Shown piece by piece: positions 1 to 12,400 of a stretch of DNA of 64,000 nucleotides. The translations under genes and the position numbers were made by a program. Origin of the DNA: Botryllus schlosseri (Eukaryota); contig CM119371.1 of the NCBI GenBank assembly GCA_051294905.1, positions 38,504,001 through 38,568,000 on the forward strand, given 5' to 3'. How positions within the stretch are numbered: the first letter of the stretch is position 1; every line of letters begins with the position of its first letter. Under the pieces are notes generated by a model. It ran no database searches, had not been told where the DNA came from, and worked only from the letters and a program-made list of their open reading frames with translations.

Positions 1-95
1 TTTTATAATATCCCGTTTGAAATAATCGTTGAAAACAATTCAGTAGTTCGTTGATCACAGCGCCAGTGCAATGATGATTGCGAAAATAATTTTTC

Positions 96-445
96 CAGGG
101 TTATCATACGTCTTCTTCTAAGAGGATTTGTCCTCTGTTCTGGAAGTTTTGGTTAGATGTATGTGAAATTGGACTGAGATATAAGAAATCTGCACTCAAA
201 GAACAGTCCGGCGGGACGTCCAGGAGTTGATCCAGAGAGACGACCTGTTTTTCAAGTCAACTAACGGAAAACCACATGGGATGTGGGTATTTCAGGAGTC
301 GAGTCGAAAAGTTGACCTTTTTTTAGTCAATCATCTACAAACTTGAGTACATTTACCACTTTTTCCGCACTTTTCGACGGTATTTTAAGTCTGAAAATTT
401 TGAAAAGGTGTCCTCTTTTTAGATTCCCAAAATATGGTAACCCTA
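96..445. mobile_element. hAT (Blackjack-like) MITE
   Basis: TIR (C/T)AGGGTTA(T/C)CATA; related copies at 42928-43238 and 59039-59278; no clean TSD. Confidence 0.6.
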
Positions 446-1858
446 ATTTATTAGACTAAATCCTCCACACTTTTCGATATTACGTAGTCACACGTGCTCA
501 ATCACTCGTGAACTCAATTTCGCAAACACTCATCGTCTTACGTTCAAATGCATCGGAATTCCTTCAGACATGAGCTGGTCTCAACCATCTTGAGGTTGTC
601 TGAGTTTAGCAATCTCGGCTTCAAAATTGCATTTTATCGGGATTAGGCCGTTCGCGCTGTGTCACCGTGGAGCAATTTAGGAATGTATCATCTTACTCCA
701 GCAATCATTACCTTACTGATCGATCAGTGCTCATACTAATTGAAAACTTCAAGTTGGCTCGCTAAGTTCATAATGGACTGCGAATTCTTCGCCCCTAATC
801 CGCTGGCGTCTCAGCAAAGAGCGCATACATTTAACGGTGATCATTATAGGCACCCGTCGCTACTGCGTTGAAGTAGAAATTCCTTTATTGACTCGCGTTT
901 ATCCACGTAATTACGGCGTAATCAATTCCGCAATACTTCATTGATTATGGCTTTTCGCGTCGCAGTAATTTCGCCCTGTAAATCCAATCCGCTTCAAGGT
1001 ACGATTTTAAAAACCTTGTCCAGAAAACCTGCGAAAAGGCCGAATGACTGTGATAGCTCCAGTATACACCTTGATAGAGATGACAATCTGACGATACGAG
1101 GGCAGTCGAGAAATGAGTGTATCACATCTTGCCATGGCTGTTTCGATAGAAATCTGGATAGAAATGCATAGCTTAGGTTTGATCAGATCATATGAGTTCA
1201 TCTCACTGTACTATGACGGAGTTATTCTTAACCGGGGCTCACACGAACCCGACGGTTTCGACGTACCGGTCTCGTGGTTTAACCGAAGGTCAAGACTAAC
1301 ACCCGACTGGTACACCAGGTCATAATGATTTGCAGTACTTAATCATAATAGTCATTTTGTTTCGAGTAAATATCATGTTGTATTGGTTTTGTCCCTTTAA
1401 CACTGTTTACTGTAGGCTACAACAATTCATTTTGTGCTCTAGTAATGTATTAGAGGTGTAATGTGTAAACTGTGAAAAATTGAACGCAACCAAAATGTAA
1501 TATCGGATACTTCATTCGATGCTACCTTTTCATATCAGATATTTAAACGTGGTTCTATTGAAGTTTACGCAAGGCGTATAGCTAGTAAAGTCCTGTAATG
1601 TCTACTAACTTCATAGTGATGGTTTTGCGACATTGCTGTTTGCTATGGCCTATACTGACAAGGGTCGGTTTATCGCACTGTCGATATTTAATGAAGATTC
1701 TTTATACGTCAACGTGTATAGCTTTGATGTCACTTGTCCGAAATGAGTTTTAGGTTACAGTTTAGTACAATACTTGCACCATTTTACATGAGTTCATAAC
1801 AGACCATGAACTCACTATTAAGCTACCGTGCAGAAACATACGTTACAAACTTCTAAAG

Positions 1859-2425
1859 CAGTGGTTCTTAACCTTGCGATTTTGAAGGGGCGATATGGGG
1901 GGCGCTGGGATCAGGGGGCGATACGGGGGGGGCGCTTAAGAAGAATGGCTTCGCAGTAGATGATATAGTAGTAGGACACATCCCTAATGAGTATTCAGAG
2001 CAAATTAACATTCCACAAAATATGTCAAATCCCGAAATTTTTGCGCGACGATGTTTTATACATATGTTTTCAGAAATGTAGTGAGTTATTCTAATTCATC
2101 TAAACTGAATTGCGCGTACTTTTAGACCGTTTATTTCCCGTTAAAACACTGCCGTCACGCTTGCTAGAGTTACTTTCAACAAAATGTTTCGAACTAGGTC
2201 ATATATCCTGCAGCGCACGATGCGACGCGACGCCCCCAGAAGTTTTGTTTATCACGCTATGGGTGCGCAAGAGAATGGTTTTTAGGGGGGCTGACGAAGT
2301 GATGTTACGGCTATCCCTCTTAAGCATTGTCTCTATTACAGTCCTTACAAAATGGGGGTGGGGGGCGCTGGAGCGCGATAATTTTTGAAAGGGGGCGCTG
2401 GAGGAAAAAAGGTTAGGAACCACTG
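1859..2425. mobile_element. hAT (Charlie-like) MITE
   Basis: TIR CAGTGGTTC(T/C)TAACCT; imperfect TSD TTCTAAAG/TTTTAAAT; GGGGGCG subterminal repeats. Confidence 0.75.
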
Positions 2426-3370
2426 TTTTAAATCAATTGAAAGTTTGGTGATTTGTCTCTCAAATTTATGGACAAGCTTTCAACATTTAGCATTTTGGAA
2501 TTGAGATATAAAATTAGAATATAATTGGCAAATACTGGCTGTTGAGAACCACTGTTATAGGTTATTTGAGCTTGGACAATAAATTCGATCAAGAAATCTT
2601 TGCTGAGGACATCACCAAGTTGCAATGCATTGGCCGGTATATTAGGTAGGCCAGGTCATTTGTGAACAGAATCAAATCCTCCCAATTATTCTATTATATT
2701 TCCGCGTGGACTCACTACTGAACGAATCGATGTCAATGCCTTGTGACATCTGCCTGTCCTAACTAAGCAGATTACAAGCTTCCCGGAGGATTATGCGGAT
2801 TCAATTAGAAGCTCGCATTATAAACTAAGCGTAACATTAGAACTCTTAGGAAAATGGACTTGTGCTGCCTTGTTTACGTTCTGCGGAAGGAGGACTTGCT
2901 TGGGACTTGTCACTGAGTAAATGAGTATGGAACTAACGTTGCGCATACGCAGCTTAAGTCTGGTATTTATTTTAGAGTTACTTAAAAGCTTAATTAACCA
3001 GATTCGCGGAGCAAAGTACAACAGGAAAGGGTAACATTGGTGATTACGTGTATAAAACAAAACACTACGCCCTTGAGTAATTTTCAGCCGAAATTTGTGG
3101 CAATCGTATACATATACAATATAAATGCAATGCGTGCACCAGCGCCATATGTGGAATTCGCTTTGATAAAACAGAACATAACATATGGGTGGGGACAAGA
3201 TGGGTATTTATTCTTATTATAATCTGTGACTCAAAACTTCGCCTTTGCATAACATGCGTCCTGTGTTACGTATCAGACCGTGTTTATGTACGATCTTTTC
3301 AAGATATTACGTTCTCATGCTAGCCGCAGAATGTTCCCTCAATATCGATGATAGTTTTCGAAACACTGTG

Positions 3371-3484
3371 ATGAACCAGGAGTCTGCGATCGCAGCGGCT
3401 ACAACGGCGGAAGTCGGAATTACGAGCTCTCGAATCGACCACAAAATGTCCTCCATGAGCTCGCTAGACCTCGAAGATTCGCAG
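3371..3484 (+). CDS. Candidate first coding exon 1a of the DPP6/10-like gene ([38 protein letters not shown])
   Basis: ATG plus 38 open codons ending CAG|GTATGT in phase 0, compatible with the exon-2 acceptor at 26574. Confidence 0.65.
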
Positions 3485-6400
3485 GTATGTATTGCGACTA
3501 GGCTTGTCAAAATCCAGTGGGACATGATCTCACATCCTGGAATGCAGTCGGAAACATTCAATTAAATAGTATATTCTTATTGAAATGAACCAGAATATTT
3601 TCGGCTGACACTCGTCAGGGGTAATCGTCAGCAACTAGCAGAGAATTGGAAAGAACATTGTATATCTTTCCAATTCTCTACTAGTTGCTGACGATTACCC
3701 CTGACGAGTGTCAGCCGAAAATATTCGGGTTCATTTCAATATGAATATACTATTTAATTGTATACTGAAGTTCTGTACCTCCAAGAAGCTTTTCGGAAAC
3801 ATTCGATCCAAAAACATCTCGAACTAATCTGATGTTAAGCGAGAGTAATTTTCTGGATTAAATTTATTTTTCAAGCTTTTGCGAATAAATTCAAGTGACC
3901 TGATTCAATCTTGTGACAGCTCATCAGTGTCACTGCCTTTGAGCCACCCGTCATTTCGAGTCACCGCGAATTTTATCTCGAATCAAGTAATTTCAAAAAT
4001 TTGTTAGTGAAGTCACGCAAATTTTCAAAGTAACTCGAGTGAAGTTAGCACATCTCAGATTATCAGATTGTCAGATTTTGAGTCAATTTTAAGTCATCAA
4101 AGTTTGTGTAGTTTGATTCGAATTTACAAATGCACGTGCACAATTGTATACCGCTTACAACCATGTCGAATACCCAACCTTGGATGCTAAGCCAGATCAG
4201 TGACTCTGGCGAAGTCAAGTCATTCAGAAAAGGTGACTCAAGTTTAGTTACGACTCGAGTGATGCAACCACGTTGTCACACTACAACAAACGGCGACATA
4301 GCGTGGTGGTACGTCACGCAGTCGTGACTTCCCACAGTTGCGGGTTCGAGTCTGATCGAGTTCGACTCCAGAATTACAACCTAAGTGTCGGAGTTTTATC
4401 TTTGCTCCTCCAACACTTGGGTTTGAAACTTGAGTCAACCGCGGTCGGACCTGAGCCTGTAACCCATTGTTCTTGAAGCCGAGGATTATATCACTACGTT
4501 ATGTCGCTCGCTACACGTAAGAAGAGTCTTAAAAAAGCCTAGAAGTGGGTCGTGCTACAAGTCGGCAAATACGGAATCATAATAAAGAATATCGGCCTGG
4601 TGTAAAAGGACCAATGTAGTCGAAACACCATGAAGATGAAACAACAACGCTACAAGTGGGTTTACGTCGGTTTATTAGATGATTTAATGCCGACAATATA
4701 GTGTATAATACAATCTTTGTCATCTTATTTCATTGCGTACTATTCCGCTAGGGGGCGCTAAGAGTCATTTATTATACTACGTCCTCGTTGCGAAGTTCTT
4801 TTAACTCTGTTTTCCCACGAGACATCGCATGGACTTAAACCGGCTGAATAATTCATGTGGTGCACACCCCTCCGAGAATGGTCTTCAATGACTAGTGCGA
4901 TGTAAACCCCAGTATTTTAGAGGAATAAAGGTCACCAATCAACACAAATTAGTTCTTCATCATTCCCGACACGACTGGAAACTTAGAAATCATGAATAGA
5001 TCCGTTTGAAAATCGAGTCCAATTGTAATGATTCATTTTCGGTTGTTTGCGAGAACCGAAAAGATTATTAAATCGACGGAAAATATACTTTTGTTGCTTT
5101 ATTTTCACCGTCGGAACGTAGAACGTAGATGTAGGACGTAGAACATGCACACTGCACAGGGATACGAAGCCTCAAGTTGCCACACTGTAACTATGGCCTA
5201 GTACAATGGTTCTCGACCTTTTTTAGACACGTCCCCCTTTATGATAGTGAAACATTTCGCGCCCCATTATCGTCATATCACAAAATCCAACAGGGATGCT
5301 AGCAACCCCAACAGATTGTTTGATGGCATGGAAGGTTATGACTGTTTATGAGAGAATTCCAAAATATGAAATTCGGTCTATATATAGAGAAACACGGTTA
5401 GGCTTCTTCGCACCCTCTTCAGATGCTTTCGCGCCCCCAAGGTTGAGAACCATTGGTCTAGTAGAAGTAGGAAGTATTTTAGATTACGTGTTACTGGAGG
5501 TCAAGGTTCGCCGACTTTTACATCATAAGTCACTATGATGTAAAATTTAATTAAATATCGTTGTTTTTGGTAGGAAAATCATTTATTTATGTTTTTTCTT
5601 TAAACACTGCCGTGGATGCAGTTCATACAGTGTACCAGTATTCATTAGTAATGCATCAGATTTCGAATGTGGTAGATTATTTTGTGAGATTGCGAAAATT
5701 TGTGGCGCACCGAAAGCTGGCCGATTAGTGTAAGCCTGGTTACCAAAGGTTAACAGACACCGGACTAAACGCAAAGTTCATCGGGCGCAATCGCATCTCA
5801 AACGAAAACAGTTCATTTCATTTCAGCAGTGCTGAATAATTGATATTCGCGGGTCGAATTCGCCCGTGTTTTATCAGAAGCGTACACGCCAGAGTAACAA
5901 TAGTGTCGTTTTGATGTAAACTGTACTTTGCGACTGACGACCGTGACGTTAATGAGCTCGACTCGAAGAAATAAGAGGCTTAATGGACCATTATTGACTG
6001 CATCTATGTTTAAAATAAAGTGGGGGTATCTCAATTATATGTCTTTTTCGAAATACTTAATGTACTACCCCGTATGGTATCAATTAGTCGTTTGGTGAAA
6101 TATGATAATCAGGAGTATATTGTAAATATATGCTTTGAAAATCAATGTATTTACTGTACCATGTATCATAGGGTAGTACTCCCTGGTAACAAAATTATGT
6201 ACCACATTTTTGCACTTTCCTGGTACGATACACGAAAAATCAATCCTGTGCACCCCTATATGATATATCAAGGGGTGGTAAATACCAAAGTAGGCCTCCT
6301 ACTACTACGTTCTCACTGTACACACGTAGCTTAAGCATATATAGAAGCAGTATACTCAAAACGACACGTGGCACTCAAAACGGCACGTGGGTAACTTTTC

Positions 6401-9400
6401 AAATCTTGTATAGAGACCGCAGGCCGCATGCATTCTATATCGAGATAAAATAGACCACATAGTCTGAAAAGCGCATTTCGAAACGTAACGTCGGTACGAC
6501 GCTGCGCTCTCTAAAATGGGCGAAGGGCATAGTTTCCACGAGAGAAATACAACAATATGCAACAAACATATCAGGATCATCATCTCACTTCTATTAGGAA
6601 CTATGAGCGGCGCACGATGACGTACACCGGCGACCAGAGGATCAATATTGGGGTTAGCTAGACACGGTATACGTGCTGGAAAACTAGCTCCCTGTAACGC
6701 TTGATCTCGTGGAAAATGTTGTTTTACAGTGGACAGGTCAAAAATGGACGATACCAATCATGGTTTCTCTAATCAGAATCGAGATGATCAATAGACAGTA
6801 AATGTCAACCATGCAGTAAATTTAGATAACTAGAAAAATAAATTCCTAATGGTCTAATTAAACCAAAGGTGGGCAAACTTTTCAGCCCGCGGGCCGCATT
6901 CAACATTTGAAATCATTCGCGGGCCGCACTATATTGAATATATATATATATATATTGTGAATATTAGCTAAAATGCAATATTTATGTATATAGAGACCGG
7001 GAATTTATGCAGATGATATCTATGTATAAATTTAAAAACAAATCAAACAATAATTTCATGATAACGTACCCGCGTCGGAAACATTGCTAGATTTTTCTAG
7101 CTGGTCATCCTTAATAACCAATTCGGTAAAATTTGGGATGAAAGACCGCTGTGCCGACTTTTAGACGCGGCTGTAAATTTGAATCAATGAGGAACCATCT
7201 GTTCGGAGATTTGCTAATCCTGCCTTTGGCTCACCTCCAAGATGGACAATGCTGACAACATCTTATATACGCTTCTATACAATATAAGCTAATAAAAATA
7301 TATAATACTTCTACACATATTGAGGACATACCTATACCTAACACACACGGGAATCGGTGTCCCAAATACAGTAACAAAAGTAATAAAATTGCTGGAGTTG
7401 CCAATTTTAATTCGCACTCATGATCCGGATTATGGTATTTTCGTTTTGAATTTCTGTGATGTTTACCAACTGAAACCTATGGAAATGCGTGGACCTTGAT
7501 ATCAGGCTACTGCGTCAGCAATAAAAGAAGCATCATAGCAAGACTACATCTTATCATTGTCGTGGGGGGATATATTAAGAAAACGTATTGCCAATTTATA
7601 GCAAAAATTACATTGTTAGTACGCATAATATTTTCTTGGTGCTTTCACGGGTTGCAGAAAACGGTGTTCCGCGCCGCACGCGGCCCGCGGACAGTGGTTT
7701 GCCCACCCCTGAATTAAACGAATTAGAACGTATGGCCGGTAATCTAATCCTAATATAATTTTAAACTGTTTCTATACTCTAATTTTAACTCAAGTCTATT
7801 GTTATCCTGGAAATGCTACAGAATATCTGTGCCGTGCAAAAATGGCCAAGCTTGGTGCACTTGAACATACATTTGTCCTCGACAAGCTTATAAAAATGAG
7901 CTTTGATTTTATATGAACTGTGAACTTGTTTTTTTTGTACATCAATCGAATTAGAAATTTAATCAAATTTCCAAGTTTTTGATCTAATTTTGAAAAGCTG
8001 TATATTTTCTTGTCGTCCAGCTTTTGTGTCACTTTACTATCTCTGATATCCGGGACTCCGTTGTGGCGTGATACAAGTATAGTCCGCCACTGCATGTACA
8101 ATATCGATCGCTTCTCGCGCTGTGACTATTTGGATCTCACCGCATTGCATGGGCGGAAATATGAGCATTATTGATTTATTGGGTTGGCTGTGTAGAGTAT
8201 ACATTACGAGCGTAACGCGAGGAATATGGATATATTAGACTTTTTTAAGGTCGACTCTGCGCCGGACTGTAATTACTGACCGATTGCCGGCAAAACAAGG
8301 TTCTCTAATACGAATCGCATGAGAGGTCGCCAAAGTATAGTTACCGATAGAAATCAAGTAGAAGTAACGCGGAAAATTTATTTACCCAAGACCAAGTGAA
8401 CATGAAGGTTTTAAGACGGTGGTTCTCAACCTATTTGTCTTCGCGAACCCCTTGTGAGCCGTCACAGACCCCCGCAGACCTCAACGTTTTAGTTAAAATT
8501 TAGCTCTATTATCGTGCAACCGTCATCTGTCCTGTGCAAATATCGGCTATAGAATATTGATGAACGGCAACAAAACGACCATTCTTGAAAATATCATCAT
8601 AGCCTACTATTCTGTAATTTCAAAACGAATTATTTGAAAATATGGTTGGCGATACTAAACTTGAGTATTGCTCTCACAACTACATTCATTGCAGTAAAGA
8701 ATTTATTAACTCGAAGACTTTTCGTGTGCCCCTTATCGAGAGTTAACGGCACAATAACAATCATACAGAACGAGATTCAAACAAAAACCAAATTGGCAAA
8801 GTATGACGTAATAATACAATAATAAAATTTTTAACGCTAGGCAAAGTCAGCTGTACCGGTAGTCATAACAAGAGACGAGAGAAAATCAAATTATACAATA
8901 ATACACGGAAGACAACACACAGACAAATAGCGGCATAGCGTAAAAAATTTTATCATTGTGTTATTACTTCATACTTTGCTAATTTGGTTTTGGTTTGAAT
9001 CTCTTTCTGTATGCTTGTTATTGTGCCGTTATCTCTCGATAAGGGGTACACGAAAGTCTTCGAGTTAATAAATTCTTTAATGCAATGAATGTTGTTGTGA
9101 AACAATACTCAAAACGAATTATGTAGGTAAATTTATTGAAATAGACGGTCGTGTCTTGAAATTCCGCGTCGTCAATTTGATATGAACGAAAATCCATTTC
9201 CACAAATATAGGGGATGGTGAATGTGGTAATAACACGCAACACTTCAGACGAGGCCTTTGGGTATGATCGCAACATATATATGACGCCTTCATTGAGAAA
9301 TACATTCTCAGTGAACATATTACGTCCAGCATAGTCATTTCTATCTAGCAGATCATCTTGAAGTTATTCTGGAATAGCGTTTACGTATATCACAGGAAAC

Positions 9401-12400
9401 TATGGATTTTTGCAACCAATTCTGTTACAAAGCCCCAACAAAACATCTCTAAACAGCAAGTTGTTTCTATCAGAAGGCAATAAGAAGTTTGACAATTTAA
9501 TTGAGTTTGCACAGTATAATATTTTATCTCAGACGGCCATTCTGTTTATGTGAGTTATGAAGTTTTAGGACTTATGAAGCGAAACTGACTCGTGATTACT
9601 AATTTCATACATAAAAATTAGGCTATTATCCATTCTTCAAATTTTGATATTTCGCGAACCCCCTGAAGATGCTTCGCGGGTCCCTAAGTGTCCGGGGGCC
9701 CCGGTTGAAAACCACTGTTTTAAGACATGTCAAAACTAATTAAAGAGGAAGTAGTAATGAAGGTATATAACTTACCAATAGTTTCAAAGAATCTGGTCAA
9801 GGGTTTGAACGCACTTATAAGTTAGTCTGAGCTACGGTCTAAGTGAAAAGAGCGTGTATTTCCACTCGTGTACCACCCCTGATATAGGGGTGTGACTATA
9901 CACCCATGGCATACGCAACAACAACCTAACTAAGAATTCTACCGCGGTATTAATCGAGCACAATCGAGCACAATTTTGCATGCATGTATAGAGACGTAGG
10001 AAGTTATGCACGTATTCACGTAGGATTTATGGCCGCGATATAATTCTGAGGTAGGCTCTGTTCTCGTGAACCACCCTCTTCGGCCCTTTAGGTGTGCAAT
10101 TGTGCATACACGGTCTTTTCCTCATGAGTTTGGTAACCTTCCAAACAACAGCTTACATCTTCGCGATAAACTGATGGCACTGCATACAGTGGTAATTTCG
10201 ATTATAAATCAAGTTACCGTGTAACAGATGCGATTCTTTTTTGCCTGACAATAAAATGACGCATACATACCCAAACAATACTATCTACTGCTCAAAGTGT
10301 ACAAAGTCAGTAGTTTTTCCGAACAACTTTCGAGCAGAAGTGGAATTATTCTGAAAACATAACCTTTCGAGTAAGAGTAAGTGTATGGAGATGCGGGTTA
10401 AACCTCTTTGAGTAGGCCTACTTCGAAAAAGCAGACGGACTTCACTAAAATGACAGCCTCTGTGTTCGGTGTGTCAAGCCCGCGTAATTACCCAGTCGAT
10501 TTCTCGTTACCGCCGTAATTACCTCGCAATATCAAGTCGACATTGATGCTTATCCGAAATTAATAATTATTTATTAGAGACGAATCGTATCGGCATTGTG
10601 TGCAGGTTTTGAATCGAGCTGTCCTCGAGTTATTGATCGTATAGTTTTGAATCCGCATCGGATGCGTTTCGTATGTTCTCTATCCATTAAGGATTATATA
10701 TGGGTGTTGTCAGAGACGCGCTGTTGACGGGGAGTATTCCGCTGAGACTTTCACGGTTTCTGATTCCACGGTGAATGAATGTCCAGCAACGTTATGTAGT
10801 GTTGTTCGTGATCACCGGAGGTTGAGGAATGATATGGAAACAGGGACATTTATGGTGCGTGTTTCGATTGAGGACAGCAGGAGTAAAACTGGAATTTGAA
10901 CCAAGCCGGCAGGGTTGTAATCAAGTTGCGAGGACCTTACTTTTATAGTTTTGACTCGAATCTAGGTTAGCAATATTCAAATTCGCCGCCGACTCATATT
11001 CCATGCCGAATCGGAGTGCAGTGGGTCGAGTCTTACTCATATTGTGATGCGTCAGGTTTAAATATCATTTTGAAAACTCTCGGGTGATATCGAGTGCCTC
11101 GCATTCAAAATATACTTATTTTTCTCACTCTTAACATGTTTGTTCTAGCAGATAACGGACAGTTTATGGGTCTATTTTTCAAGTATCGAACCTGATACAC
11201 GATCATGTCACATAGAGCAGTGCTCTTCAACCTTTTTCGACGTGGTACACTGTTTTAACGTGTGCTCAAAACTCGTACACCCCTGTTCATTAGGGGTCTT
11301 CAAAAATGACTTTTTTTCTCAAATCGTACTGGCTACTTGATAAAATTGTTAGGTTACCTAACTTAAGCCTACACACCAAATTTGGTTCAATTCCAACCGG
11401 TAGCCGCATTGCTACGGGAGAAGAAAGTTTCTATTTATTATATAAAATAAATAACGAAAAATTTGAAATTTTACTGTTCACCCATGAAAGTATTAGGTTG
11501 TCTATAAAAACGATGTTATTCAAATTTGGTTCAATTCCGACCAGTAGAAGCGGAGTTAAAAAATTTGGATTTGAATAAAATAGTATTTGGTCACAGAGTC
11601 TATTCGCAGCCAGTTAAGCCGCCCGCCACGCAAATTGGAATTTATTTCGTGTCAGCCCCAAAACAGCATGACATTACGAACGATAATCAACCTAAATGTA
11701 ACAGTATTGGGGAGAGAGCAGGTAAAGTTACTGCTGCAGAAGCGGTAATTCAGATCAGCGATGATAGCAGGCGCACCAGCCTACTGCGTATCAGGCCTGC
11801 CCCACACCACACCAGTGGCGTAGCCAGAGAGGGGCGAAAGGGGCGATCGCCCCCCCCCCCCCAAATTTTTGGAAAATTTTCGTGAAATCAATAGATATAT
11901 TAGAGTATTTTGGGCAGATGAATGCAACCTAAAATTTTTCTTCGCGCTTCGCGCGATTTAGTGTCCGTATATGTCTTGATTTCGTTATCGTTATCCCAAA
12001 AGAAATTTCTTCTGCAAATACCAAATACCGAAATTAGATTTAGCTGCATCTTCAATTATAAGAATACAACAGTACAAGCAGATACACTAGAGTAGCCAGA
12101 GGTCGTTAGATTGATTGAGTCCAGGGTTGTCAGTTCAGTATGGGAGTTGGGGAATGTTAGTTCCGGCAATTTCCGTTCCGGGACACACGAAGACATGTAA
12201 AGTAGGCCACACGCGCTTCCGCAAAGTGACGGTCATAAAACCGACGCATGTATTCAGAAGCCCAATATATATTTTCGGGTGCTTAAATGGCTGGCGCCTA
12301 ATCATCCTGTCCCTGCAATTAGACCCCTCCGACATTAATGCGACTGGCACAGGAAAATATCACCACCCCGTTAAAAAGTGCTGATTTGAAATCGCACGAG

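Larger units (their letters stand above)
8417..9717. mobile_element. hAT non-autonomous element hosting the family B insertion
   Basis: TIR C(G/A)GTGGTT(C/T)TCAACC; perfect TSD TTTTAAGA. Confidence 0.85.

Noticed and set aside
3560..3792. Family A interpreted as an ordinary palindromic MITE
   Set aside because: Ends are asymmetric, inversion points vary between copies and the TSDs are 11-12 bp
10834..10854. Possible sixth DPP first exon (METGTFM|GTGCGT)
   Set aside because: Only 7 codons and a weak donor; indistinguishable from chance
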